64,000 nt of DNA, from NCBI GenBank assembly GCA_963799985.1, contig CAWCZC010000005.1:448977-512976 (forward strand). Reading direction: 5' to 3'. Position numbers and translations under genes: made by a program. The stretch is from an uncultured Alphaproteobacteria bacterium. GTDB lineage: Bacteria; Pseudomonadota; Alphaproteobacteria; Sphingomonadales; Sphingomonadaceae. Every line of letters starts with the position of its first letter. The first letter of the stretch is position 1. Under the pieces are notes generated by a model that did not search any database, was not told the origin of the DNA, and saw nothing but the letters and a program-made list of their open reading frames with translations. Shown here piece by piece: positions 51,994-62,697 of the stretch.

Positions 51994-52992
51994 TCAGCCA
52001 CGCGCCGCCCTGGGCGCGGTCGTTGCGCGCGCCACCAGATCAGGGGCGTGGATCTCGCTCATGCCCTCGGCCGGCTTGCCAGCGAGCAGTTCGATCAGCC
52101 GCGCGACCGAGCGCTCGCCCATCTCGGCGATGCGGACTCGGACCGTGGTGAGCTCGAGGTGGTGGGCGAGAGGGACGTCGTCGAACCCGGCGACCGCGAT
52201 GTCCTCGGGCACCCGCTTGCCCGCGCTGCGCAACGTGTGAAGGCAGCCGATCGCCATCATGTCGTTGGCCGCGAAGATCGCGTCGCACGGCTCGGACGAC
52301 GCGAGCACGACGCGGGCGGCCGCTTCGCCGGCCTCCTCGCTGAAGTCGCCCTGGATGATCCGGGGGTCGCGGCCGTGTCGGATCATCGCGCCGCGGAAGC
52401 CCTCGGCGCGTTCCTGCCCGTCGACGTTGTCGCGGGGCCCCGCGACATGGACGATGTGCCGGTAGCCGTTGGCGACAAGGTGATCGACCATCGCCTCGGC
52501 GCCCGCCTTGTTGTCGAAGCGAATCGAGGGGCGCGATTCGATCTCGCCGGGGCAGTTGATCAGCACCGAGGGCAGCGCCGGGGGCAGCATCCGCGCCAGC
52601 GCGTCGTGGCCAATGTGCGGCGCCATCACCAGCAGGCCATCGACTCGCCCGCGCATCGCCCGCAGCGCGATCGCGGCCTGATCGCTGTCGCCGTGGATAT
52701 TCGAGAGCAGCAGCAGATAGCCGCGGCGGCTCGCTTCACGATCCATGCCGCGCACGCATTCGGAGAAGAACTCGCCGTGGAGATCGGGCAGGACCACGCC
52801 GATCGCGTGCGCCCGGGCGAGGCTGAGGCTACGCGCGCCGGCGTGGGGCACGTAGCCGAGCTCGTTCGCGGCGCCGACGATCCGGTCGCGCGTTTCGGCG
52901 CGGACGTTGTCGAGTCCGTTGAGCGCGCGCGACACCGATGCGACCGAAACGCCGGCGCGTCGCGCGACATCCCGGATCGTTGCCTCGCCCAT
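51994..52992 (-). CDS. LacI-family transcriptional regulator
   Basis: ATIRDVARRAGVSVASVSRALN; IFAANDMMAIG; VAGFDD. Confidence 0.95.
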   Translation of the reverse strand: MGEATIRDVARRAGVSVASVSRALNGLDNVRAETRDRIVGAANELGYVPHAGARSLSLARAHAIGVVLPDLHGEFFSECVRGMDREASRRGYLLLLSNIHGDSDQAAIALRAMRGRVDGLLVMAPHIGHDALARMLPPALPSVLINCPGEIESRPSIRFDNKAGAEAMVDHLVANGYRHIVHVAGPRDNVDGQERAEGFRGAMIRHGRDPRIIQGDFSEEAGEAAARVVLASSEPCDAIFAANDMMAIGCLHTLRSAGKRVPEDIAVAGFDDVPLAHHLELTTVRVRIAEMGERSVARLIELLAGKPAEGMSEIHAPDLVARATTAPRAARG

Positions 52993-53074
52993 GTCAGATC
53001 CTCGCTCCGGCCCCACGCATGTTTCCTACGTTTCAGACCGCATCGGCGATTGCAATGCCTGCCTTCTACGGGCA

Positions 53075-53088
53075 TGTAACCGGTTACG
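53075..53088. promoter_or_regulatory. LacI-type operator in the lacI/GH3 divergent region
   Basis: TGTAACCGGTTACG, identical to the site at 44420. Confidence 0.82.
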
Positions 53089-53175
53089 GTCAGCGGTCAC
53101 AAGCGAAAATCGCGGTGGTTCGGAACCGCGGCAAGATGCCCTCCCAAGGGGGACGGGCAATCAGGAGAGGAAACG

Positions 53176-55467
53176 ATGCTCGATCCCAGGATTTCGCGGC
53201 GCGCGGCACTGCTCGGTGCGGGCGCGGTCGCGGCTTGGATCGCGAGCCCGGCGCGCGCGCTGCTCCAGACCGTGTCGCAACTCCCGGTGCCTGCCTTCGT
53301 CGACTCGCTGATCGCGCGGATGACCGTCGCCGAGAAGGCCGGGCAATTGAGCGTGATGGCCTCGGCCTGGGGCGGCGGCGCCGCGACCGCGCTCAATCCG
53401 CCGTCGAACGGCCCGAACTTCGAGGGGCAGCTCGAGGAAGCCCGGCAAATGCGGCTGACCGGCGTGTTCAACGGCAACGGCGCCGAGATGGCGCGGCGGC
53501 TGCAGACCGCGGCGACGACCGAGGCACGGCTCAAGATCCCGCTGATCTTCGCCGCCGACGTGATCCACGGCCACCGCACCATCTTCCCGGTCCCGGTGGG
53601 CGAAGCGGCGAGCTTCGAGCCCGCCCTCGCCGAGCGCACCGCGCGGATGGCGGCCTATGAGGCGGCCGGATCGGGGATCGACTGGACCTTCGCGCCGATG
53701 GTCGACATCGCGCGCGACCAGCGCTGGGGCCGGACGATGGAGGGCGCCGGCGAGGACGTCCACCTCGGCCGCCTGATGGCCGACGCGCGCGTGCGCGGGT
53801 TCCAGGGCAGCGACCTCCGGGCGATCAATTCGATGCTCTCCTGCGCCAAGCATTTCGCAGCCTATGGCGCCGCCGAGGGCGGGCTCGACTACAACACCGC
53901 CGACGTTTCGGAGCGGACGCTGCGCGAGGTCTATCTGCCGCCGTTCAAGGCCGCGGTCGATGCCGGTACCCTGACGCTGATGGCGTCGTTCAACGAGATC
54001 TCGGGCGTGCCCTCGACGGGCAACGATTGGCTGATGCGGACCGTGCTGCGCGGCGAATGGGGTTTCCAAGGCTTCGTCGTCTCCGATTACACGGGCGACG
54101 AGGAGATGATCCTCCACGGCTTCGCCACCGACGCGCGCGAGGCAACGCGGATCGCGATCATGGCGGGCGTCGACATGAGCATGCAGAGCGGCCTTTACCG
54201 CGACCATCTCCCCGACCTCGTCGCCAAGGGCGACGTGCCGATAGCCCGTCTCGACGAGGCGGTGCGGCGGGTGCTGGCGGTCAAGGCGCGGCTCGGCCTG
54301 TTCGACGATCCCTTCCGCCGCATCGACGTCAAGCGCGAGAAGGCACGTTCGCGGACTCAGCCGGCGATCGCGCTGGCGCGCGAGGCGGGACGCAAGTCGA
54401 TCGTGATGCTCAGAAATACCGGCGGCCTGCTGCCGCTGCCCAAGCACGGTAGGAAGATCGCGATCATCGGTCCGTTCGCCGAGGGGCAGCACGATCTTGT
54501 CGGGCCGTGGGTCGTCTATGGCGACAATCGTCAGGCGATCGACCTCGCGACGGGCGTGCGCGAGGCGGTCGCGGATCGGGCGAGCGTGACCGTGACGGCG
54601 GGATCGGGCGTCGAGCAGGCGCTGCCCGGTGGGATCGAGGTTGCGGTTGCCGCCGCGCGCGAGGCCGATGTGGTGCTGCTCGCGATCGGCGAGGACGAGA
54701 CCATGTCCGGCGAGGCACAGTCACGCACCGAGATCGTCGTGCCTGCGCCGCAGCAGGCGCTGGCCGAGGCGGTGGCCGCGACCGGTAAGCCGATCGTCGT
54801 GCTGCTCAAGAACGGGCGCGCGCTGGCGCTCGAAGGCGCGGTCGCCGGTGCTCCGGCGATCCTCGTGACCTGGTTCCTCGGTTCGGAGACCGGCCGCGCG
54901 ATCGCCGACGTGCTGTTCGGCGATTTCAGCCCGTCGGGCCGGCTGCCCTGCAGCTTTCCGCGCGCGTCGGGGCAGGAACCTTATAGCTACGCTCACAAGC
55001 CGACCGGGCGGCCCAACCCGAGCGACGACACACTCGAGAACTACAAGGCGCACTATCGCGGCGTGCCCAATTCGGCGCTCTATCCGTTCGGCCACGGCCT
55101 GACCTATGGCGAGGCCGCCTATTCGGACTTGGCCGTCGCTCCGACGATGGCGTGGAACGGCGCGCTCGAGGTTTCCGCTCGGATCACCAACAAGGGCAGC
55201 CACGCGATCGAGGAGGTGGTCCAGTGCTACGTCCACGACCGCGCGGCGAGCGTCACTCGCCCGGTCCGCGAACTCAAGGCGTTCCGTAAGGTCGCGCTGG
55301 CGGCGGGCGCGTCGGAAACCGTGTCCTTCCGGCTGACCCGCGACTTGCTGCTGTTCATCGGCCGCGAGAACAAGCCCGTGGTCGAGCCCGGCATGTTCGA
55401 TGTGTGGATCGCCCCCTCGGCCGAGACCGAGGGTGTCCACAGCAGCTTCGAGCTTCAGACGGGCTGA
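53176..55467 (+). CDS. GH3 beta-glucosidase (BglX-like), Tat-exported
   Basis: SRRAAL Tat motif; DVIHG, RWGR, KHFAAYG, VVSDY; FN3-like tail. Confidence 0.95.
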   Translation: MLDPRISRRAALLGAGAVAAWIASPARALLQTVSQLPVPAFVDSLIARMTVAEKAGQLSVMASAWGGGAATALNPPSNGPNFEGQLEEARQMRLTGVFNGNGAEMARRLQTAATTEARLKIPLIFAADVIHGHRTIFPVPVGEAASFEPALAERTARMAAYEAAGSGIDWTFAPMVDIARDQRWGRTMEGAGEDVHLGRLMADARVRGFQGSDLRAINSMLSCAKHFAAYGAAEGGLDYNTADVSERTLREVYLPPFKAAVDAGTLTLMASFNEISGVPSTGNDWLMRTVLRGEWGFQGFVVSDYTGDEEMILHGFATDAREATRIAIMAGVDMSMQSGLYRDHLPDLVAKGDVPIARLDEAVRRVLAVKARLGLFDDPFRRIDVKREKARSRTQPAIALAREAGRKSIVMLRNTGGLLPLPKHGRKIAIIGPFAEGQHDLVGPWVVYGDNRQAIDLATGVREAVADRASVTVTAGSGVEQALPGGIEVAVAAAREADVVLLAIGEDETMSGEAQSRTEIVVPAPQQALAEAVAATGKPIVVLLKNGRALALEGAVAGAPAILVTWFLGSETGRAIADVLFGDFSPSGRLPCSFPRASGQEPYSYAHKPTGRPNPSDDTLENYKAHYRGVPNSALYPFGHGLTYGEAAYSDLAVAPTMAWNGALEVSARITNKGSHAIEEVVQCYVHDRAASVTRPVRELKAFRKVALAAGASETVSFRLTRDLLLFIGRENKPVVEPGMFDVWIAPSAETEGVHSSFELQTG

Positions 55468-56805
55468 TCGCCGAGATCGCGCACGATCCGATCGTGCGCG
55501 CCCTTGCCGAGCGGGTTGAACAGCATCAGCAGGCACGAAAGCGCGAAGAAGCCGAGCGGCACCAGCGCGATGGTCAGCCGCATGCCCGTCAGCGTCCCTG
55601 CGCTCTGGGCAACATTCGCCACGTACCCGGACGCGCCGAAGCCGAGCCCGAGCGCGGCGGTGGCGATGCCGATCGCGACTCGCTGGAGCAGCGACGCCAG
55701 CCCGAACACCGCGCCCTCGACGCGCAACCCGGTCATGCGCTCGCCGAACTCGATGGTGTTGGGCAACATCGCCCAGAAGACGAAGTGCAGCCCGACGATC
55801 GCCGCCTGCATCGCGATCAGGAACAGCTCCATCGCGTAGACCTGGTCGATGCCGACGATCGCGAACAAGCTGAGCCCGGCGATGCACGCTCCCGCAGCGA
55901 GGAACCACACGCTGCGCGTGCCGATGCGGCGCTGGAGCAGCATCCACAGCGGCACCGCGATCCCGCTCACCAGCCCCATCCACGCGAGCGCGGTGTGGCC
56001 TGCGGCATCGTCGCCGAGGAAGTATTTGAAGTAATAGAGCACCGACTTGTTGAGCACGGTCACCGCGCCGATCATCGCCATCATCGCGAGGTTGAGCGTC
56101 ACGAAGGCGCGATTGGCGATCAGGCTGCGGACGCTGGCGAGCACTGAGGGCGACGCCGCGGGCGGGAGCAGCACCTCGTCGCGATAGGTGGCGCCGACCA
56201 GCACCAGGATCGCGGTGGCGACGATCGCGAAGAAGACTGCGGCGCCGAGGTAGGTGTGCGCCGAAACGCTGCTGCCGCTAAGCCACGCGCCGATCGGCAC
56301 CGTCCCGCGCGCGACGAGCACCCACGCCATCGTCCCGAACAGCATCCGCATCCCCGCCACGAACGCGCGGTCCTTGCTGTCGAGGCTGATCCGCGCGGTC
56401 ATCGCGAGATAGGGGACATTGACCGCCGCGTAGGCGGTGCGGAACAGCAGGTGGCCGACCGCGACGAAGGCGATGCTCCAGACGCCCGCGACGGGCGGCG
56501 GCGCGTAGGTGAGGATGCACGCCAGCCCCAGGGGCACGCTCCCGAAGATCAGGATGCGGCCATAGCCCCGCCCGGACTTCGCGCCGGTCGGTGATCGCGC
56601 CGGCGGCGAAGTTGACCACGCCGTCCCAGATCGACGCCACGGTGTAGATCGCCGCGGCGGTGGTCACCGGCAGGTCGAGCGCCTCGGTGTAGTAGAACAG
56701 CAGGAAGAGCATGATGCTCTGCCAGTAGAGATTGAACGCGAAGTCCCCGAAGGCGAACAGCAGCAGGCGGAACCTGGGCGACGCCACGCGGAGGCGGGCG
56801 ATCAT
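55455..56805 (-). CDS. GPH/MFS sugar transporter (indel near 56570)
   Basis: FAFGDFAFNLYWQ, FLLFYYT, NVPYLAM, AMLPNTIEFGE. Confidence 0.88.
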
Positions 56806-59186
56806 TTCCGCGCGATGGCGAGATGCAAGGGCCCGCGCTGATCGGGCAGCGTCAAGGCGATGGTGCGAGCCTTGACATCGGCGGTGATTGCCAACCCTTT
56901 CGCCGAGGCGCCGCCGTCCCAGCCGTGCACCGTCACCGCGATCTGGCTCCACCACGGCTTATAGCTACCCTGGCGCGCGCCGAAGTCGACGGTCAGGCCG
57001 GTGGGCGTGATGGCGCAGGTGATCGCCTGGCGCAGCGTCGCGCCGTTCACGGTCGTGCCGTCGTCCCAATAGAGATTGCCGTGGCAATCCTCGCCGGGAT
57101 AGATGTCGAGCCGCAGGAGGCCGTGCGGCGTCTCGGAAGTGCTCTGGACGAGCGGCTGGCGCGGCAGGATCGTGCCCGCGCGGACGAACACCGGCAGGTG
57201 CGCGAGGCTGGGCGTCTCGCTCAGCGCGCCGCCGGGCAGCGCCTTGCCCGTCCAGTAATCGTACCACCGCCCCGGGGGGAGGCAGATGTCGTACGGCTGC
57301 GGCGATTCGGGCTTGGGCGAGGCCGCGATCAGCAGGCTATGCCCCAGCGTGAAGCTCATCGACTGGTCGCATCCCAACGAAAGCGCGGCGGGATAATCGT
57401 AGAACACCGGCCGCATGATCGGATCGCCGGTGTGCGCGCTCGCCTCGGCGACCGCGTAGAGATACGGGAGGAGGCGGTAGCGCTCCTCGATGAATCGGCG
57501 GCGGATCGCGAGTTGCTCGGGTCCGTCGACCCAGGGCTCGACGCGCGGCGTCCCCTTCGAGGCATGGATGCGGAATACCGGCGTGAACGACGCGATCTCG
57601 ATCCAGCGCGTGAGCAGCTCGGGACTGGGCCCGCCGGTGAAGCCGCCGACGTCCGCGCCCGCGTAGGAGAAGCCCGAGAGGCCGAGGCTCATCAGCTGCT
57701 GGACCGAGAGCTTGAGGTGGTCCCAGGTCGAGCTGTTGTCGCCCGTCCAGGTCACCGCGTAGCGCTGGCCGCCGGCATAGGAGGCGCGAGTCATCACGAA
57801 CGGCCGCATGCCCGGCCTCAGCGCTTGCAGCCCTTCGAAGGTGCCGCGCGTGTTCTGCATGCCGTAGACGTTGTGGATTTCGGCGTGCGTGGCATCGCGG
57901 GGCGCGAAATCGTCGCTTTCGATGCGGTGGATGTTGTCGAGCGGCATCGTTTTGGTCGGGGTGTCGAACACCGCGGGCTCGTTCATGTCGTTCCAGAAGC
58001 CGGCGATGCCCTCGTCGGCGAAGCCCTTGAACAGCGTCCCCCACCATTTCCGCGTCGCCGCGCGGGTGAAGTCGGGGAACACCGCGGGCCCGGGCCAGAC
58101 CGGCGCGACATAGGTCTTGCCGGCCGCGTCGTGGACGAAGTGATTGCCCGCGGCGCCGCTGTCGTAGGGCGCATAGCCCTGGTTGGGTGCGGCGGCGACG
58201 TGGAGATCGGTGATCGCGACCAGCTTGATCCCCACCGCGCCCATGTCGTCCGCGAGCTTCTTCAGGTCGGGGAAGGTCTGGTGGTTGACGGTGAAGGGGC
58301 GGTTGCGGTCCTGATAGTCGATGTCGAGCCAGATTACGTCGGCGGGGATGCGCTCGCTGCGCATCCGCGCGGCAATCCCGCGGACTTCGGCGTCGGTCAT
58401 GTAGCTCCAGCGCGATTGCTGGAAGCCGAGCGCCCAGCGCGGCGCGAGCGGGGCCTTGCCGGTCAGGTCGGTATAGCGGCGGACGACGTTGGCCGTGGCG
58501 GGCCCCGCGATGACGTAATAGTCGATCGGGCCGCCCACCGCGCCCATCGCCAGCACGTCCTGCTCGCGATGGCCGAAATCGATCGAGCTGCGCCAGCTGT
58601 TGTCAAGGAAGATGCCGTAGCTCCCGCCCGCGCCGCCCGCGGAGACGAAGAAGGGGATCGACTTGTAGATCGGGTCGTTCGCGCTCGTGTAGCCGAAGAA
58701 ATCGGTGTTCCAGTCGACGAAGCTGCCGCCGCGCCGGTCGAACGGGCCGGTCTTGTCGCCGAGGCCGAAATAATGCTCGCCCTGCGGCATCGCCTTGCGG
58801 AGCGTGAAACCGGTTCCGTCGCGCGCGAAAGGCTCGGCGGCATCGGCGACGATGACCTTGCCTGCTCGATCCTCGACCACCAGCCGCAGCCCCGGGCCGA
58901 CGCGGACTCGCAGCGCGCCGGTCGAGAAACCATCGGCCTCGGTCGTCACCGGCGCGCGCATCGCGCGGACACTGGCGGGCACCGCCCAGCTGGCATCCTC
59001 GTCGAAGCGGCCATCGCGCGCGATGCGAACGCGCAGGATCGAATTGGTGAGTGCCGTGACTCGCAACGTTGCGCCGTCGCTCGTCGTCTCGACGCCGTCG
59101 GGACGCGCCGTGAACGGTTGCTGCGCCATCGCGGGCGCCGCCGCCATGCAGGCGAGCGCGAGGCAGATCATCAGTCGAAGGCGCAT
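56802..59186 (-). CDS. Exported GH31 alpha-glucosidase
   Basis: YKSIPF, WLDIDY, GFWNDMNEP, WTGDN, GADVGGF; signal peptide from 59186. Confidence 0.93.
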   Translation of the reverse strand: MRLRLMICLALACMAAAPAMAQQPFTARPDGVETTSDGATLRVTALTNSILRVRIARDGRFDEDASWAVPASVRAMRAPVTTEADGFSTGALRVRVGPGLRLVVEDRAGKVIVADAAEPFARDGTGFTLRKAMPQGEHYFGLGDKTGPFDRRGGSFVDWNTDFFGYTSANDPIYKSIPFFVSAGGAGGSYGIFLDNSWRSSIDFGHREQDVLAMGAVGGPIDYYVIAGPATANVVRRYTDLTGKAPLAPRWALGFQQSRWSYMTDAEVRGIAARMRSERIPADVIWLDIDYQDRNRPFTVNHQTFPDLKKLADDMGAVGIKLVAITDLHVAAAPNQGYAPYDSGAAGNHFVHDAAGKTYVAPVWPGPAVFPDFTRAATRKWWGTLFKGFADEGIAGFWNDMNEPAVFDTPTKTMPLDNIHRIESDDFAPRDATHAEIHNVYGMQNTRGTFEGLQALRPGMRPFVMTRASYAGGQRYAVTWTGDNSSTWDHLKLSVQQLMSLGLSGFSYAGADVGGFTGGPSPELLTRWIEIASFTPVFRIHASKGTPRVEPWVDGPEQLAIRRRFIEERYRLLPYLYAVAEASAHTGDPIMRPVFYDYPAALSLGCDQSMSFTLGHSLLIAASPKPESPQPYDICLPPGRWYDYWTGKALPGGALSETPSLAHLPVFVRAGTILPRQPLVQSTSETPHGLLRLDIYPGEDCHGNLYWDDGTTVNGATLRQAITCAITPTGLTVDFGARQGSYKPWWSQIAVTVHGWDGGASAKGLAITADVKARTIALTLPDQRGPLHLAIARK

Positions 59187-59221
59187 GGGATTCTCTCTCC
59201 GGTTCCCGCGCTGGATAGCAG

Positions 59222-60376
59222 CTAGCGCCGGTCTTCCACCAGAATTTCGCGGGTGATCGAGGCGATATCGGTGCAGCCGGTCAGCGCCATCGCGACGCGC
59301 ATCTCGGCCTGGATCAGCTTGAGGATGTGGGCGACGCCGGCCTCGCCGCGCGCGCCGAGCGCGAAGGCCCAGGCGCGGCCGAGCAGCACGCCTTTGGCGC
59401 CCAGCGCGAGCATCCGCACTACGTCGAGCCCGGAGCGGACGCCGCCGTCGGCGAGCACGGTCAGCCGGTCGCCCACCGCCTCGGCGATCGCAGGGAGCGC
59501 TCGCGCGGTGGAAGGCGTGCCGTCGAGCTGGCGGCCGCCGTGGTTCGAGACGACGATGCCGTCGGCCCCGACGTCGGCGGCGGTGCGGGCATCCTCGGCG
59601 TCGAGCACGCCCTTGATGATGAGGGGGCCGTCCCAATGCTGGCGGATGAAGTCGAGATCGGCCCAGGTGACGCTCGAATCGAAGCTGGTGCGCATCCAGG
59701 CGAAGAAATCCTCGAGTCCCGAATCCTTGCCGAGCACCGGCGCGACGTTGCCAAGCTGGTGCGGGCGGCCGTGGATGCCGACGTCCCACGCCCAGCCCGG
59801 GCGGCGCATCGCCTGCCAGGTGCGGCGCAGGCTGCCGCGAATGCCGGGCGCGCCCGCCAGCCCCGAACGGACGTCGCGGTAGCGCGAGCCGGGGACGGGC
59901 ATGTCGACGGTGAACAGCAATGCGCTGCACCCCGCCGCCTTCGCCTGGGCGAGCAGATCGACCATGAAGCCGCGGTCGCGGATCATGTAGAGCTGAAACC
60001 AGAAGGGCGCGGTAGTGCCCTGCGCGACCTCGGCGAGCGCGCAGGCCGAGACGGTGGAGAGGGTGAAGGGGATGCCCGCCTTCTCCGCCGCGCGCGCCGC
60101 CTGGACCTCGCCGCGCCGCGCGGCCATCCCGGCGAGCCCGATCGGGCCGAGCGCGACGGGCATCGGCAACGGCTGGCCGAACAGCGTGGTCGAGAGATCG
60201 AGCGCGGAAACGTCGGCGCACACGCGCTGGCGCAGCGCGATGGCAGCCAGGTCGTCGACGTTGCGGCGCAGCGTCACCTCGGCGTAGGAGCCGCCGTCGA
60301 AATATTCGAACAGGAAATGCGGCAGTCGGCGCTGCGCGAGCGCGCGATAGTCGAGGGTGGAAGCGGCTCTCGGCAT
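59222..60376 (-). CDS. lldD: FMN-dependent L-lactate dehydrogenase
   Basis: [35 protein letters not shown]. Confidence 0.92.
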   Translation of the reverse strand: MPRAASTLDYRALAQRRLPHFLFEYFDGGSYAEVTLRRNVDDLAAIALRQRVCADVSALDLSTTLFGQPLPMPVALGPIGLAGMAARRGEVQAARAAEKAGIPFTLSTVSACALAEVAQGTTAPFWFQLYMIRDRGFMVDLLAQAKAAGCSALLFTVDMPVPGSRYRDVRSGLAGAPGIRGSLRRTWQAMRRPGWAWDVGIHGRPHQLGNVAPVLGKDSGLEDFFAWMRTSFDSSVTWADLDFIRQHWDGPLIIKGVLDAEDARTAADVGADGIVVSNHGGRQLDGTPSTARALPAIAEAVGDRLTVLADGGVRSGLDVVRMLALGAKGVLLGRAWAFALGARGEAGVAHILKLIQAEMRVAMALTGCTDIASITREILVEDRR

Positions 60377-60410
60377 GGTGGCGCGGTCCTAGCCCGGGCG
60401 TGCCTAAACG

Positions 60411-60438
60411 AAAAGGGCGCCCCTTTCGGAGCGCCCTT
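60411..60438 (-). terminator. Rho-independent terminator
   Basis: AAGGGCGC...GCGCCCTT stem with a T tract on the minus strand. Confidence 0.75.
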
Positions 60439-60480
60439 CGTGCGGTCGATCTCCCGGCCCTTGGCGAGCCGGGAAGCCGA

Positions 60481-60696
60481 TTACATCGCGTTGCCGGTCA
60501 TGTTCATGTCGGCCGAGTTGCCCACCGTGGCATTGGCGGTCGTGTCGACGTTGGTCGTGGCGGCGGTGTTGTAGTCCGACGCGTTCACCTCGGTGGTCGT
60601 GGTGGTGTTGTCGGTAGTGGTGTTGGTCGTGGCCGTCGAGCAAGCCGCGAGCGTCATCAGGCCGGCGGCCGCAGCAACAATGAGGATCTTCTTCAT
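60481..60696 (-). CDS. Small Thr/Asn-rich lipoprotein
   Basis: MKKILIVAAAAGLMTLAAC lipobox; GGAG RBS. Confidence 0.85.
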   Translation of the reverse strand: MKKILIVAAAAGLMTLAACSTATTNTTTDNTTTTTEVNASDYNTAATTNVDTTANATVGNSADMNMTGNAM

Positions 60697-60866
60697 TTTG
60701 GTTGCTCCGAATAAGAAACAGACGTTTCGCTCCCGACCCGATTGCCGACGCGAAGCTGTCCAAATAGCGGGCGGTGCGATTCCGTCAATCGCATTTTCAC
60801 CGCATGGCACAAAATCGGACAGATTTTCGCCCGGTTCTTGCCACTTCGCCGCCACGGACCGACCAC

Positions 60867-61100
60867 TCAGCCGCGGCTCCGCTCGCGCTCATACTGCTCC
60901 ATCTTCTCGCGGAGGCTGCGCGGGCGCATGTCGGTCCACACTTCATGGATATAGTCGAGGCACTCCTGCTTGAGCCCGGATTTGCCCGCGTCGGACCAGC
61001 CGAGCGGGATCTCGCGATCCGCCGGCCAGATCGAATATTGCTCCTCGTGGTTGATGATGACCCTGTAGATCGTGGTATCGTCCCGATCGTCCCAGGCCAT
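60867..61100 (-). CDS. MbtH-like protein
   Basis: [10 protein letters not shown]...IPLGW...[17 protein letters not shown]. Confidence 0.95.
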   Translation of the reverse strand: MAWDDRDDTTIYRVIINHEEQYSIWPADREIPLGWSDAGKSGLKQECLDYIHEVWTDMRPRSLREKMEQYERERSRG

Positions 61101-61166
61101 CGCAATCTCCATCGTTACAGCATCGAAACTATCACGCCGAGGCGCTCGAGGGAGCCGCGATCGGGT

Positions 61167-62544
61167 TCATTTCGGCTTGACCGGGCCGATCTCCTCGGGA
61201 GCGTCGGCAACTATGGCGAGCATCGCGGTCCACGCCGCCACATTTTGCCGCAACTGCGAAAGGTCGATCTTGTCGAGCGTGTCGTCGGGGGTGTGGTGCC
61301 AGTCGAAATAGCGCAGGCCCGACTGGTTGAGATCGACCGCGGCAACCCCGGTCTTGAGCGTCGGCCCCACGTCGGTGCCGTCGCCCGCGACTTCGCGGCC
61401 GCGCTCGATCCCGATCGGGGCGAGCGCCGCGGTCAGCCGGTCGTCCACCGCCTTGGCGCTGTCGGGCAGGTTGACCGCGAATTTCCACACCCGGTCCGCG
61501 CCGAAATCGGATTCGGCGCCGAGGACGTGATGATCGGCCGCGTGCGCCTTGGCATAGGCCTCGCCGCCGAAGCCGCCGGGCTCCTCGGCCCCGAACCATA
61601 CGACGCGGATCGTGCGGCGGGTCTGGCCGGCGTCGTAAACGCGCTTGGCGGCGGCGGTGGTGATCGCCACGCCGGCGCCGTCGTCGATCGCGCCGGTGCC
61701 CAGATCCCAGCTGTCGAGATGGCCGCCGACCAGCACGATCCCCGCACTCGGATCGCTGCCCGGCAGATCGGCGACGACATTGCCCGAATTCGCCCTGGCC
61801 CTTGAACTGGGGGGTGAGCAGCAGGTGGATGCGTACGGGCTGGCCGCGCTTGAGCATCCGCTCGAGCTGCTCGGAATCGGGAAGCGAGAGCGCCGCCGCG
61901 GGGATCGGGCTGACGCCGGTGGCCCAATTGGTCACCCCGGTGTGGGGGATGCGGTTATAATTGGTGCCGATCGACCGGATCAGGATCGCGGCGGCACCCT
62001 TGGTCGCGGCGAGGTTCGGCCCTACCCGGCGCACCTGGCCGAACTGGCCGTATTGCGAGCCGTCTTGGGTCGGCACCATCGCGTGGCTGACGAAGGCGAT
62101 CCTGCCCTTGAGGCTGCCGTCGGGGGCGGCCTGAAGATCGGCGAGCGACGGGAAATAGACGATCTCGGCGTCGATCCCCTTGGGCCCGGTGCTGCCCGAA
62201 TTGCCGAGCGCGGTGAGCACCAGCTTCTGCGGGAAGGGCGAGAGCACGGTCGCGGTCTCGTCGCCGCGCACCCAGACCGGCATCTGATAGGTCTCGATAT
62301 GGACGTTCTGGAAGCCCAATGCGGTGAGCTTCTGGACCGCCCAGGCGCGGGCGCGGGCCTCGGCCTCGGTCGCAGCGAGGCGCTGGCCGACCTCGGTGGT
62401 GAGCCCCTCGACAACATCCCAGGCGATCGTGTCACCAGTGAGCGCGGCGTCGCGCAGCGCGGCCGGATCGGGTGCGGTCTGGGCCAGGGCGGGGAGGGGA
62501 AGGGCGAAGGCGGCGGCGGCCGCGAGCAGGGAGCGCTTGATCAT
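61167..62544 (-). CDS. M28 family carboxypeptidase Q-like peptidase (indel near 61790)
   Basis: GGHLDSWDLGTGAIDDGAG, GAEE, ESD, HHTPDDT; PA-like insert; signal peptide. Confidence 0.9.
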
Positions 62545-62697
62545 GGGCGGAGTGCTAGCGGGGCGGCGCGCGCTTGCCAATGGAAGGGACGTTTCCCGCG
62601 CGTTTCGCTCCGTTCCGCGCGTTGCCATCGGCCCGCGCCGTCGCTACATGCGCGCCAGCTTCCCGCCTGCCCGATATCCCGAACGGAGACACCCCCA

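Noticed and set aside
56802-60221. 1139-aa GH31 'fusion'
   Set aside because: The N-terminal 345 codons are an off-frame read of lldD; the real start with signal peptide is 59186.
42759-61100. Halogenase plus MbtH as a natural-product cluster
   Set aside because: They are over 16 kb apart with no NRPS/PKS, and the halogenase carries a sugar-regulon operator.
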